Below are positions 36,010 through 46,253 of a DNA stretch of 64,000 nucleotides, in pieces. The stretch spans positions 32,985 through 96,984 of the forward strand of contig JAHIRB010000040.1 of NCBI GenBank assembly GCA_018818885.1, written 5' to 3'. The notes below the pieces were generated by a model, which was given only the letters and a program-made list of their open reading frames with translations, ran no database searches and was not told the origin of the DNA. Position 1 is the first letter of the stretch, and each line of letters opens with the position of its first letter. This stretch comes from Patescibacteria group bacterium. Its GTDB lineage: Bacteria; Patescibacteriota; Patescibacteriia; Buchananbacterales; SURF-54. Both the position numbers and the translations under genes were made by a program.

Positions 36010-37257
36010 TTATGGTTTTTGTATCTTTTTAAAACCAGTATATTTGTGTAAGACTTTTGGTACATCAACAGTACCATCTTCGTTTTGAAATTGTTCAAGT
36101 ATTGCAGGTAATAATCTACTTGTAGCAAGACCAGATGCATTAAGTGTATGTACAAACTCATTCTTCCCAGTTTTTGAATCTTTGAATCTAATATTGCCTC
36201 GTCTAGCTTGGTAATCTAAAGCATTGGAGATACTGGAAACTTCTTTATAAGTATCCATACTGGGAATCCAAACTTCAACATCGATTGTTTTTGCCATAGC
36301 TGCAGAAGCATCTCGTGCTGCCAATAATACAGATTGAAAATGCAATCCTAAACCATCTGTTAATTTTTGTGCATAATCAGTTAGTTCATCAAACCCTTTC
36401 CATGAATCTTCAGGTTTGGTAAATTGAAACATTTCGATTTTGTTAAACTGATGCCCTCGTATCATTCCTCTTTCTTCTTTACGGTAACTGCCAGCCTCTC
36501 TTCTAAAGCATGCAGAATAAGCACAATATTTTAGGGGTAGATTTTCTTCGAGTAAAATCTCATCTCTATGATAGTTACCTAACATCATTTCGCTTGTTGC
36601 ATTTAGACAAGTTTTTTCTTGTGTCCAGAACAAATCATCTCTAAATTTTGGTAAGTGGCCAGACGTATATGCTGATTGTTCAGTTAACAAAAATGGCGGG
36701 ATCATGAATGTATAATTATTCTTTTGATGAAAATCAATAAAATAATTTAAAAGTGACCACTCAAGTATTGCTCCCTGGCCTTTATAGACCCAAAACCCTG
36801 CCCCAGACATCTTAGCTCCCCGTTCGTAATCAATCATATCAAGATCGGTTGCTAATTGTACATGATCTTTTGTTTTGAATTTAAAATTTGGCTTTTTGCC
36901 AAAAGTTTTTATAACTTTATTATTTTCTTTTCCGCCTGCTACTACATCGTCAGCTGTAATATTTGGTAAATCACCCAGTTTCACATTAAATTCTGTTTCA
37001 ACCTTACGAATTTTTTCATCTAGACTTTTAATTTTTTCTCCTACTACCTTCATTTTCTTAATAATCTGCTCATCAGGCTTAGTTTTAGAATACTTGTTCC
37101 GCTCTGCTTTCAATACTTCGACTTCTTGTAGTAATTGTTTTCTTTCATCATCAAGCTTGATAATTGCATCCAAATTTAAATTCTTTGGATCCATTCTTTT
37201 TAGTAAGGATTTTTCTATTGTCTTTTTATCTTCTCTTATTTTATTTATATCCAACAT
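36010..37257 (-). CDS. serS: serine--tRNA ligase
   Basis: N-terminal coiled-coil arm, class II motifs. Confidence 0.9.
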   Translation of the reverse strand: MLDINKIREDKKTIEKSLLKRMDPKNLNLDAIIKLDDERKQLLQEVEVLKAERNKYSKTKPDEQIIKKMKVVGEKIKSLDEKIRKVETEFNVKLGDLPNITADDVVAGGKENNKVIKTFGKKPNFKFKTKDHVQLATDLDMIDYERGAKMSGAGFWVYKGQGAILEWSLLNYFIDFHQKNNYTFMIPPFLLTEQSAYTSGHLPKFRDDLFWTQEKTCLNATSEMMLGNYHRDEILLEENLPLKYCAYSACFRREAGSYRKEERGMIRGHQFNKIEMFQFTKPEDSWKGFDELTDYAQKLTDGLGLHFQSVLLAARDASAAMAKTIDVEVWIPSMDTYKEVSSISNALDYQARRGNIRFKDSKTGKNEFVHTLNASGLATSRLLPAILEQFQNEDGTVDVPKVLHKYTGFKKIQKP

Positions 37258-37649
37258 ATTAAATTTTTAAATTTTGATGATTTATTAATATTTCGCTTAT
37301 ATGCTTTAAGCCTTACTATTTTTATTTTAGGAAAATTATTACTCAAATTATCCGTAAAAATTTTTTGATCATACCCTAAACAAATCACGTCTGGTTTTAC
37401 TTTTTGTATAATTTTGTAAGGATTATTCAAATTTCCTAAAACTGAATTATCGACAACGTTTAATTCGGATACTAATTTTAATCTATCTTTTTCATTATTT
37501 AAAGGTTTCTTGTGCTTGATTTTTTTTACGTTAACATCTCTAGCAACTACTACAATCAATTTCTGTGCAAATTTTTTTGCTTGTTTAAAAAAATCTAGGT
37601 GACCTGGATGCAATATATCAAATGTACCAAACACTATGACTTTAGTCAT
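37245..37649 (-). CDS. cytidylyltransferase-like nucleotidyltransferase (GTFDxxHxGH)
   Basis: VFGTFDILHPGHLDF motif. Confidence 0.7.
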   Translation of the reverse strand: MTKVIVFGTFDILHPGHLDFFKQAKKFAQKLIVVVARDVNVKKIKHKKPLNNEKDRLKLVSELNVVDNSVLGNLNNPYKIIQKVKPDVICLGYDQKIFTDNLSNNFPKIKIVRLKAYKRNINKSSKFKNLICWI

Positions 37650-37654
37650 ATTGA

Positions 37655-39109
37655 TTATTTTTCTTTCATAGTTGGAAACAAAACTACTTCGCGAATTGAA
37701 TCAACACCAGCCATAACCATAAATAATCTATCTAAACCTATGCCAAATCCCGCTGTTGGTGGCATACCGTATTCTAAGGCTTCAATAAAATCTTCATCCA
37801 TCATTTGCGCTTCTTTATCGCCTGCTTTACGTAACTTGACTTGTTCTTCAAAGCGTTGCTTTTGGTCTTGCGGATCATTAAGCTCTGAAAATCCATTTCC
37901 AATTTCTACACCTGCTACTACAACCACCATTCTTTCAGCAATGTCTGGATTTTCTTGACTTCTCTTTGCCAGAGGAGAAACCGAAACTGGTAAATTAATA
38001 ACAAAAGTTGGTTGTATTAATTTTGTACGTACTACTTTTTTGTAAAGCTGATCAATAAGTCTTCCGCGACCTAGCTTTATATCTGTTTTTACATTATGCT
38101 TTTTAATAGCATCGATTATCTCCTCATCGCTTGCTTTGACAACATCGATACCTGTTTCTTTTTTGATTGCTTGTACATAATCAACCTTTTCCCAAGGCTT
38201 TTTAAAATCAATTTTATGTCCTACAAAATCACATTTTAAAGTTCCAAAAGTTTTTTTCATAATATCAACATAAAAACTTTCTACAAATTTCATTAGATCG
38301 TTATAATCATCATAAGCTGAATAAAATTCTAACATAGTAAACTCTTGTAAATGTTGAGTACTCATACCCTCGTTTCTAAAAACCTTACCAATTTCAAAAA
38401 CTTTTTCAAAACCACCTATCATCAATCTTTTTAAATGCAATTCTAAAGATATTCTTAAATACAAATCTATGTCCAGAGTTTCATGATGAGTGATAAAAGG
38501 TTGTGCATCTGCTCCACCCGGCACAGCTTCTAAGGAAGGGATTTCAACTTCTAAAAATTTTTTGTCATCTAGATACTGTCGTACATTTTTAATAAATTTA
38601 CTGCGGCTAATAAATAGTTTTCTTGTTTCTGGATTAGTTATTAAATCCAAATAACGTTTTCTGAAACGTAACTCTTGATCTTTCAAACCATGCCATTTTT
38701 CTGGCAAAGGACGAAGAGCTTTAGTCAGAAGCTTATATTTATTGACTTCAATTGTTAGTTCACCTTTTTGAGTTTTAAAAAGTTTGCCAGACACTCCTAT
38801 GAAATCACCACGATTTAAATTTTTGATAAACTTAAATTCTTCTTTACCTAAAGTATCTTGTTTAAATGCTATTTGAATTGTTCCGCTTCCGTCTTGTAAA
38901 TTGGCAAATGCTAACTTTCCCATTATTCTAATTGTCATAATTCTGCCTGCTACTTTGATATTTTTTGTGCCTAATTGCAATAACAAAACCTCATCAATCT
39001 GGTGAGATCTAGTATATTGGCTGGGATAAGGATCAATCCCCTGCTGCTGTAAATTTTTTACGATGTTTTGCCTAGTTTTTCTTTCGTTAATATCTTGGTC
39101 GTTTGTCAT
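37655..39109 (-). CDS. lysS: lysine--tRNA ligase (class II)
   Basis: OB-fold N-domain, FRNEGMSTQHLQEFTMLEFY motif 2 region. Confidence 0.9.
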   Translation of the reverse strand: MTNDQDINERKTRQNIVKNLQQQGIDPYPSQYTRSHQIDEVLLLQLGTKNIKVAGRIMTIRIMGKLAFANLQDGSGTIQIAFKQDTLGKEEFKFIKNLNRGDFIGVSGKLFKTQKGELTIEVNKYKLLTKALRPLPEKWHGLKDQELRFRKRYLDLITNPETRKLFISRSKFIKNVRQYLDDKKFLEVEIPSLEAVPGGADAQPFITHHETLDIDLYLRISLELHLKRLMIGGFEKVFEIGKVFRNEGMSTQHLQEFTMLEFYSAYDDYNDLMKFVESFYVDIMKKTFGTLKCDFVGHKIDFKKPWEKVDYVQAIKKETGIDVVKASDEEIIDAIKKHNVKTDIKLGRGRLIDQLYKKVVRTKLIQPTFVINLPVSVSPLAKRSQENPDIAERMVVVVAGVEIGNGFSELNDPQDQKQRFEEQVKLRKAGDKEAQMMDEDFIEALEYGMPPTAGFGIGLDRLFMVMAGVDSIREVVLFPTMKEK

Positions 39110-39209
39110 ATTTTATTCAAATATTATAGATATATTTTACCCTAAAGTACCCTTTTTAGTCAAAAAACCGTCTCAAATTTTGAGACGGTTTAATCTGATT
39201 GTACAACTG

Positions 39210-39665
39210 TTAACTAATTGCTAAAATTTCACATTCCATTTCTCCTTTGGGAACAATGACTTTCACAACATCTCCAACCTTACTACCCAAGAACGCTTGG
39301 CCTAAGGGTGATTCATTAGATATTTTATATTCAGCTGGATTTGCTTCGTTTGAACCAACAATTTCATATTCTCTTTCCGAGCCTTCACATAATATCTTTA
39401 CCTTGTGACCAATATCAACAATATCACTCTTTTTGTTATTTTCTACAATTACAACATTCTTTATCATATGTTCTAGCTCTATTATTCTTCCCTCAATAAA
39501 GCCTTGTTCGTCTTTTGCATCATGATAGTCTGCATTTTCGGAAAGATCTCCTAATTCTTTAGCTTTGGTAATGCGTTCTATGACTTCTTTTCTTTTAACA
39601 TTTTTAAGCTCTTCTAGCTCTGACATTAACTTTGTTAAACCCTCTTTTGAAATATATTGTGTCAT
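39210..39665 (-). CDS. greA: transcription elongation factor GreA
   Basis: GDLSENADYHDAKDEQ acidic tip and C-terminal FKBP-like domain. Confidence 0.85.
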   Translation of the reverse strand: MTQYISKEGLTKLMSELEELKNVKRKEVIERITKAKELGDLSENADYHDAKDEQGFIEGRIIELEHMIKNVVIVENNKKSDIVDIGHKVKILCEGSEREYEIVGSNEANPAEYKISNESPLGQAFLGSKVGDVVKVIVPKGEMECEILAIS

Positions 39666-39790
39666 AATTTAATTTTTATTTTTCGAAAAAATACTATAAT
39701 AAGTATTTTTGAGTGTGAACTAAACGATAGATTGATTTAAACTTTATGTCAAGGCAAGATTTCCAGAATTTATCCACATTTGACCTAAAC

Positions 39791-41752
39791 TCAACGATTT
39801 TGCGCCCACCACATAAATATTTCAGCAGCTACCCCTTGTGCAGTATTTATACCAACACTTCCCTCCTCCACTAAAACTGCAATAGCAATTTCTGGATTAT
39901 TATACGAAGCATAACCAGTAAACCATGAATGTGGTGCTTCTCCTTCAAGCCACTGGGCTGTTCCTGTTTTACCAGCCGAAGTCATACCTACACCTTGCAA
40001 TCCCACAGCACTACCTGAGGTAACAGTCTGCCTTAAGCCCTGTTGGACGGTTATCACATTTTGATCTTCGATAAAATCTTGTCGGATATTTTGTGGTTTG
40101 ATTTGTTTGACTACATTTCCTTGAGTATCCAAAATTTCTTTGACAATGTAAGGTCGTAGTAATTTTCCATCACTTGCGAAAAAATTCATCCATGTTGCTG
40201 CCTGTAAAACTGTAACTAGAATATCTCCCTGTCCGATAGACAAATGATACGTATCACCTAAAAACCACGGCTCACCTTTTACTTCTTGCTTCCAGGTATC
40301 ATCAGGTACCAGACCGCTCGCCTCGTTGGGCAAATCAATACCAAGACTATTTCCTAAACCAAATAATGTAAAATAATTGTTTAATTTTTCTAGTCCTAAA
40401 CCTTCAAAATCTTCATAGCCGCCACCGACTAAATAGAAAAAAGTGTTAATTGATTCAGCTATTGCTTTTTTGACATCTGTTGAACCGTGTCCACCCTCTT
40501 TCCAGTCTGGATAAAACCAATTCTCAACAGATATTCCGCCCGTACTGTTTATTTTTGTATTACTAGTAACAATATTTTCTTCTAGCCCGGCAATTGCTAC
40601 AATTGGCTTAATAGTAGAACCAGACGGATACTGTCCAGAAATCGCCCGATTAAACAATGGCAAATTTTTATCATTAAGCAATTCATCAAATTTTTCTTGA
40701 GAAATACCTAGGGTAAAATCGTTGTTGTCATAAGTAGGCAAACTCACAAGCGCTAAAACCGCACCAGTACCTGGTTCCAAAATTATCACTGAACCTCGCT
40801 TTTTACCGTAAGCTCTCAACGTTTTGAATAGTGCATCTTTAGCAATTCTTTGTAGGTCAGAATCAATTGTTAAAACCAAATTACTGCCTGGTATTGGTTC
40901 TTCTTTAGAAATTATTTTACTTTGGTTACCAAACGCATCTACTTCTATTTTTTCTACTCCATCTTTTCCTCTTAAAACTTTTTCGTAATATTTTTCAATT
41001 CCGTCCTTACCCACAGAATCATTTTGTAGATAACCTTGATCTTGATATTGTTCAAATTCCTCAGAAGAAATTTTTCCGGGGTATCCCAAAATATGTGAAT
41101 ATGAATAATCTTGTTCAGTCGCTGGATAGTGACGCTTTGATTGCATAATTAGTACAACACCAGCAATGTTACTTGTTAACAACTTAATTTCAATCGCTTT
41201 TTGATATTCTATATTATTCATTACTACAACTGGGTCATAAGAAAAAGTAGATTGATTATCTATCAAGTTTTTAATTTCATCAGTATTCTTTAAACTCACT
41301 TCAGCTAGCCAATTAATTGTTTCTGCTCTTTTTTGTTCATCTTGGGGAAAATCTACTGGTATAATTGCTAACTCAAAACTAACAATATTTTCAGCTAAAA
41401 CATTTTTATCTCTATCATAAATCACTCCTCTCATTGCTGGTTTCCTGATAACTCGTATACGATTACCCTCTGCAACGCTTCGATAATGTTCGCCCCTAAC
41501 GACCTGCAAATATACTACTCTAAATAAAATACTCAATAATAATATAACAACGATAAAAAAAATAAAACTAATTCGTTTGTTACTTAAACTTACACCTATA
41601 AAACCTGTTTCTTTATTTTTATCAGAAATTATATCTTCTAAAAACGAACCATCATTTTGGCCATGGTTTATTTTAGTATCTTTTATTTTTTGATTTTCTA
41701 AATTATTAAATATGTTTGATTTTGGCATACTAAGCAGTTTTAATACCATCAA
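39791..41752 (-). CDS. mrdA: penicillin-binding protein 2 (peptidoglycan D,D-transpeptidase)
   Basis: SGSTIKP (SxxK) and KTGTA motifs; adjacent to mreBCD. Confidence 0.85.
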   Translation of the reverse strand: MMVLKLLSMPKSNIFNNLENQKIKDTKINHGQNDGSFLEDIISDKNKETGFIGVSLSNKRISFIFFIVVILLLSILFRVVYLQVVRGEHYRSVAEGNRIRVIRKPAMRGVIYDRDKNVLAENIVSFELAIIPVDFPQDEQKRAETINWLAEVSLKNTDEIKNLIDNQSTFSYDPVVVMNNIEYQKAIEIKLLTSNIAGVVLIMQSKRHYPATEQDYSYSHILGYPGKISSEEFEQYQDQGYLQNDSVGKDGIEKYYEKVLRGKDGVEKIEVDAFGNQSKIISKEEPIPGSNLVLTIDSDLQRIAKDALFKTLRAYGKKRGSVIILEPGTGAVLALVSLPTYDNNDFTLGISQEKFDELLNDKNLPLFNRAISGQYPSGSTIKPIVAIAGLEENIVTSNTKINSTGGISVENWFYPDWKEGGHGSTDVKKAIAESINTFFYLVGGGYEDFEGLGLEKLNNYFTLFGLGNSLGIDLPNEASGLVPDDTWKQEVKGEPWFLGDTYHLSIGQGDILVTVLQAATWMNFFASDGKLLRPYIVKEILDTQGNVVKQIKPQNIRQDFIEDQNVITVQQGLRQTVTSGSAVGLQGVGMTSAGKTGTAQWLEGEAPHSWFTGYASYNNPEIAIAVLVEEGSVGINTAQGVAAEIFMWWAQNR

Positions 41753-42260
41753 TATTCAAAATGTATTTTCTAAATGAAGTATAAAGGAAAAAATATACAA
41801 TAACGATAAGATAGGTGAAGACTAACTGCCATAATCCGTTTATGACATATTTATAATTGAATACCATGTGGTGCAACAAATTATTAAAAAAGAATGTTAT
41901 GTATGAAAAAAGTAATATCAAAATATTATAAGTAGCAACTCCGGCAAACGTTAACACCAGTAACGAAAAAAAAGTTCGGTTAGTAAAAAGATGAATAAAG
42001 AGTAAATTAATGATGATGGTTGTAAGCAGTAGTGTTAAAACTGTTATACCAAAAAATAATGGGGAATATATTTCTAGAAAAATTCCTAAAATCATACTTA
42101 ATAATAATGCTTTTTTGTAATCGATTAATACGGTTAAAAATATTACTAAAGCTAAAATTAAATTTAGATTATTATAGGGAAAACTAAGCATAGAAAAAAA
42201 GCTAACGTGCGAAACAATTAGTAACAAAATAATTAAAACGTACAAAGTTTTTTTTATCAT
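41730..42260 (-). CDS. mreD: rod shape-determining protein MreD
   Basis: 176-aa polytopic membrane protein after mreC. Confidence 0.6.
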   Translation of the reverse strand: MIKKTLYVLIILLLIVSHVSFFSMLSFPYNNLNLILALVIFLTVLIDYKKALLLSMILGIFLEIYSPLFFGITVLTLLLTTIIINLLFIHLFTNRTFFSLLVLTFAGVATYNILILLFSYITFFFNNLLHHMVFNYKYVINGLWQLVFTYLIVIVYFFLYTSFRKYILNIDGIKTA

Positions 42261-43069
42261 AACTTGGGTGGTAAGATAATTGAAACAATATTGATATTTT
42301 CAAAATTAACTATTTGTTTTATATCCGCAGTCTGAAAAAAACTATTAGGAGGAAAACTAACATTTTCAATAGTTCCAATCACTAAATTTTGTGGAATTTT
42401 TTTTTCTAAAGATGAGGTTACAACAATATCTCCAACTCCAACAGCCAAATCTACTGGAATAAATTCCATCTTTAAACTCATATCTTGGCCGCCAGTGACG
42501 ATACCAGATGTATTATCAACATTAAGTATGGTGGTAGCAATCTTGCTTGTTTTGCTAGATATTAATAATAAACTACTTAAATTAGGTTTTATATCTGTTA
42601 TTGTTCCAACAATTATCCCTTCTCCCACAATCGCTGGCATTCCCTTTTCTATTCCTTGTGCAGAGCCACAATTCAAAATTAAGATATTTGCGTTATCATC
42701 AAATTGTCTAGTTATTACCCTACAACTAATATATTCTTTTTCGTAAGTTTCTATTAAATGCAACTGATTTCTTAAATTTTCGTTTTCGTTTTCTAAAATT
42801 TTTAATTGCGCATTCTCTAGTGTAAGTTTTTCTATATCTTTATTTAATTTTTGATTTTGTTGTTCTAATGTTTCGATTGATGATGAGCCAAGAAAAGTTT
42901 CATTTACAATTGTACCTACATAATAAATTCTTGTTTGAATGGGTGTTAATATTTTTACTGCTAAATTTTCGAATGGACTTAAAACTCCTAAAAAATGCAA
43001 AAAAATTAGCAGTACCGTAACTGCTATCAAAATAATTGCGTAGTTTGATTTTATTTTAAGAAACCGCAT
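42257..43069 (-). CDS. mreC: rod shape-determining protein MreC
   Basis: N-terminal TM, coiled coil, beta-rich C domain. Confidence 0.8.
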   Translation of the reverse strand: MRFLKIKSNYAIILIAVTVLLIFLHFLGVLSPFENLAVKILTPIQTRIYYVGTIVNETFLGSSSIETLEQQNQKLNKDIEKLTLENAQLKILENENENLRNQLHLIETYEKEYISCRVITRQFDDNANILILNCGSAQGIEKGMPAIVGEGIIVGTITDIKPNLSSLLLISSKTSKIATTILNVDNTSGIVTGGQDMSLKMEFIPVDLAVGVGDIVVTSSLEKKIPQNLVIGTIENVSFPPNSFFQTADIKQIVNFENINIVSIILPPKL

Positions 43070-43074
43070 ATATA

Positions 43075-44130
43075 TTATCTACCCATTTCTTCTTCTGAAC
43101 TCGACGAAGGTATTGTTACCTCAGATAAAAGATTTTCATCTTCCAATAGCATACCCAACCCTCTAACTACACAAGTTTGAGGATCTTCAGTTAAGGCAAC
43201 TATTGTTTTTGTGCTCTTTGAGATTATTTTATCAAAATCTTGAAACAGAGAACCACCACCAGATAGAACTATCCCTTTTTGAAAAATATCAGCAGTTAAT
43301 TCTGGCGGAGTAATTTCTAGGGTTGCTTTTATATTTTCAACAATCATTTTAATGGATCGTTCAATTGCATTAATTATATGCAATGGACTAATACTAAGCT
43401 CTTTAGGTAACCCCGAGACTAAATCACGACCGCGAATTTTTAAATAAGTTTCTTTTCCTTCTTCCAGAGTTCCTAACTGAATTTTTAAGCGCTCTGAGAT
43501 TCTTTCTCCAACTAGTAGATTAAATTCTTTTCTAGCATAATTAATGATATCTTGATCAAAATTTCGGCCTGCTACTTTTAGTGAGCGCCATGCTACAACA
43601 CCGGAAAGTGAAATAACTGCAATTTCGGTTAATCCTCCTCCAATATTTACAATCATGTTGCCAGAAGGATCTTGTATTGGCATCCGAGCACCTATAGCTG
43701 CAGCAATAACATTTTCCACTAAATAAACTTCTCGCGCACCTGCAGAAAGAACTGCATCTTCTACAGCTTTTTTTTCTACTTCTGTAATATCAAGTGGGAT
43801 CCCTATCACCACGCGAGGACGAGGAGCCATATAAAAACTTTCTTTTTGTACTTTATTAATAAAGTACTTAAGCATTTTTTCTGTAACTTCAAAATCAGAA
43901 ATAACTCCATCAACCAAGGGTTTAGAAACAACAATGTGTGGTGGTGTTCTGCCTACCATTTTTTGAGCTTCTTCCCCAATAGCTAAAATTTGATCAGTTC
44001 TGGTATTTACTGCCACAATTGATGATTCATTAACAACTACTCCCCTGTCTTTAACATAGACTAAAGTATTTGATGTTCCTAAATCAATTGCTAAATCTTT
44101 TGAAAATTTTCCTAAAAAATTATCAAACAT
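43075..44130 (-). CDS. mreB: rod shape-determining protein MreB
   Basis: actin-fold motifs DLGTSNT, GGGLTE. Confidence 0.9.
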   Translation of the reverse strand: MFDNFLGKFSKDLAIDLGTSNTLVYVKDRGVVVNESSIVAVNTRTDQILAIGEEAQKMVGRTPPHIVVSKPLVDGVISDFEVTEKMLKYFINKVQKESFYMAPRPRVVIGIPLDITEVEKKAVEDAVLSAGAREVYLVENVIAAAIGARMPIQDPSGNMIVNIGGGLTEIAVISLSGVVAWRSLKVAGRNFDQDIINYARKEFNLLVGERISERLKIQLGTLEEGKETYLKIRGRDLVSGLPKELSISPLHIINAIERSIKMIVENIKATLEITPPELTADIFQKGIVLSGGGSLFQDFDKIISKSTKTIVALTEDPQTCVVRGLGMLLEDENLLSEVTIPSSSSEEEMGR

Positions 44131-44173
44131 ATTTATTTGCGTAATGAATGAGTAAACAGGTGAAAACTTATAT

Positions 44174-44473
44174 TTATGCTAAATTTGCCTGAATTCGTTG
44201 TATTTCCTCCTTTAATAAATCGTTATCATAATCTCCTGCGTGGATAATTTGTTTACCTAATTTAACCTTTTTTTGATCTAAATGCAAACTACAGATTATC
44301 TTGTCTTTTGTTTCTGATTTTAGATAAATATGAAATCTTGGATAAAAATTTGACGATAGTCTGCGCACAAAACTTTGCTGTTTTGCTCTACGATCATCAT
44401 GTATGTGATATCCGCAATTTCTAAAAAAATTTCTTACATCAATAGTAGTTTCGCTTGAAATTTCAAAATTCAT
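44174..44473 (-). CDS. hypothetical protein (99 aa)
   Basis: ORF only. Confidence 0.4.
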   Translation of the reverse strand: MNFEISSETTIDVRNFFRNCGYHIHDDRRAKQQSFVRRLSSNFYPRFHIYLKSETKDKIICSLHLDQKKVKLGKQIIHAGDYDNDLLKEEIQRIQANLA

Positions 44474-44475
44474 CT

Positions 44476-45639
44476 TTAAAATATATCTTTAACGTAATTA
44501 ACCAAGTTAGCAAATCCATTGCTTAGTTTTGATATGTCTCTAAAGGTTACAAACAAAATTAATAACAAGAGCAAGCTAAAACCTAAATTATGTATTAGAT
44601 TTTCTATTTTTTGATTTATTGCTTTGCCTCGTATTTTCTCAATTATAATAAAAAGTAGTCTTCCGCCATCAAGAGCTGGAAAAGGTGCAAAATTTATAAT
44701 AGCTAAATTAAGTGAAAGTAATGCTGCAAATTGTAGAATATAAATTATACCAAGCCTTGCTACTTGGCCTGTCAAAACTGCTATCCCCACAGGTCCTGCA
44801 ACATCAACAACAACATTCTTACTCACTAATAAATTTCTAAACAATTCATAGAAGGCAACTATAATTGCTTTCATCAAATAGAAAGTTGTTGTAATCCCCT
44901 GCCAGATAGCTAAGTGTATTGGATAAGAAACGGTTGCTGTTTTTACAATGGCAACACCAATACCCGCGCGCTCAGTCTCGGGATTAATTTCTGGTGTTAA
45001 TACTTTTGAAATTTGTTCATCACCACGCGAAATCACTAAACTAATTTCTTGTGCCAGTTTACTATCTAAATACTCTTGGATCTCTTCAATCTCCATAAAT
45101 TCAATACCATCAATAGACACAAACGTATCTCCCATCTGTACTCCTTCTTTTTGCGCTGGCAGCCTATCCACCACTTCAATAACTTGGACTTTTCCTTCGC
45201 TAATCTTTGCTCCTTTAATTTCATGATTGTCGATAATTTGCGGCAGACCAACATAATATCCAATTGAAAGAAGTACCATTGCCAATACAACATTCATAAC
45301 TACCCCAGAAGAGATTACCCATGCTCTTCTGCCTGCGCTCTTGGCTGCTAAACTGTCCTCATCTGTTGCCAGTTCTCCTCCCTCGCCTTTAATTTTTACA
45401 AAACCTCCCAAAGGCAACCAGTTGATTGAATAAATTGTGTTTTGAGTTTCTTTAGTTTTTCTAGTAGCAATTTTCCATTTCCCATCTACTCTATAAATAC
45501 CAAATAAACGTGGAGGTAAACCAAAACCAAATTCGTCTACTCTAACCCCCGCTCGTTTAGCAGTAACAAAATGGCCCATTTCGTGAACAAACACTAATAG
45601 GCTCAAAATTAGTATAAATGTAATTATGGTTAAAAACAT
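44476..45639 (-). CDS. rseP: RIP site-2 metalloprotease RseP
   Basis: HEMGHF zinc motif in TM1, PDZ domain, C-terminal TM. Confidence 0.85.
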   Translation of the reverse strand: MFLTIITFILILSLLVFVHEMGHFVTAKRAGVRVDEFGFGLPPRLFGIYRVDGKWKIATRKTKETQNTIYSINWLPLGGFVKIKGEGGELATDEDSLAAKSAGRRAWVISSGVVMNVVLAMVLLSIGYYVGLPQIIDNHEIKGAKISEGKVQVIEVVDRLPAQKEGVQMGDTFVSIDGIEFMEIEEIQEYLDSKLAQEISLVISRGDEQISKVLTPEINPETERAGIGVAIVKTATVSYPIHLAIWQGITTTFYLMKAIIVAFYELFRNLLVSKNVVVDVAGPVGIAVLTGQVARLGIIYILQFAALLSLNLAIINFAPFPALDGGRLLFIIIEKIRGKAINQKIENLIHNLGFSLLLLLILFVTFRDISKLSNGFANLVNYVKDIF

Positions 45640-45698
45640 ATAATACGAATATAAACGAATAAAAAACTAATGAATACGAATATTAGTTTAAATTCGTA
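45640..45698. promoter_or_regulatory. AT-rich element with repeated tacgaatat / attcgtat words (relative of E1/E2)
   Basis: atacgaatataaacgaat..gaatacgaatattag..aattcgtattat upstream of rseP. Confidence 0.35.
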
Positions 45699-46250
45699 TT
45701 ATATGCTCATTACCTCCTTTTCTTTAGCATCAGCAATTTCTTTCACTTGTTCATTATATTTTTTAGTCAACTCATCCAAATCTTTGATTAGTTGATATCG
45801 ATCGTCTTCAGTTAATTCTTTATTTTTTTCTTGTTTTATAATTTCTTCTTTTATTTTATCTCTAACTTGCCTAATACTAATGCGTGAATTTTCTGCCTTT
45901 TCGTTAATTATTTTTACAAAATCTTTTCTGCTTTCTTCTGTCATCGCTGGCATTGTTAATCTTATGTTATTGCCATCTGCAACTGGAGAAATACCAATAC
46001 CAGCCTGGTTTATAGCTTTTTCAATATCTTTTGTTATATTTTTATCCCAAGGTTGGATTAAAAGCGTCCTTGCTTCTGGCACAGTAATTGATGCTAACTG
46101 TTTTAGCTGAGTTTTAGTGCCATAGCTATCAACTAAAATATTTTCTACTATTTTGGGGTTAGCTCTGCCAGTTCTAATACCAGCTAATTCCTTCTTTAAA
46201 AAATCAATTGACTTTTCGAATTCTTCTTTTTGTTCATCTATATTTATCAT
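45699..46250 (-). CDS. frr: ribosome recycling factor
   Basis: full-length RRF similarity. Confidence 0.9.
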   Translation of the reverse strand: MINIDEQKEEFEKSIDFLKKELAGIRTGRANPKIVENILVDSYGTKTQLKQLASITVPEARTLLIQPWDKNITKDIEKAINQAGIGISPVADGNNIRLTMPAMTEESRKDFVKIINEKAENSRISIRQVRDKIKEEIIKQEKNKELTEDDRYQLIKDLDELTKKYNEQVKEIADAKEKEVMSI

Positions 46251-46253
46251 AAA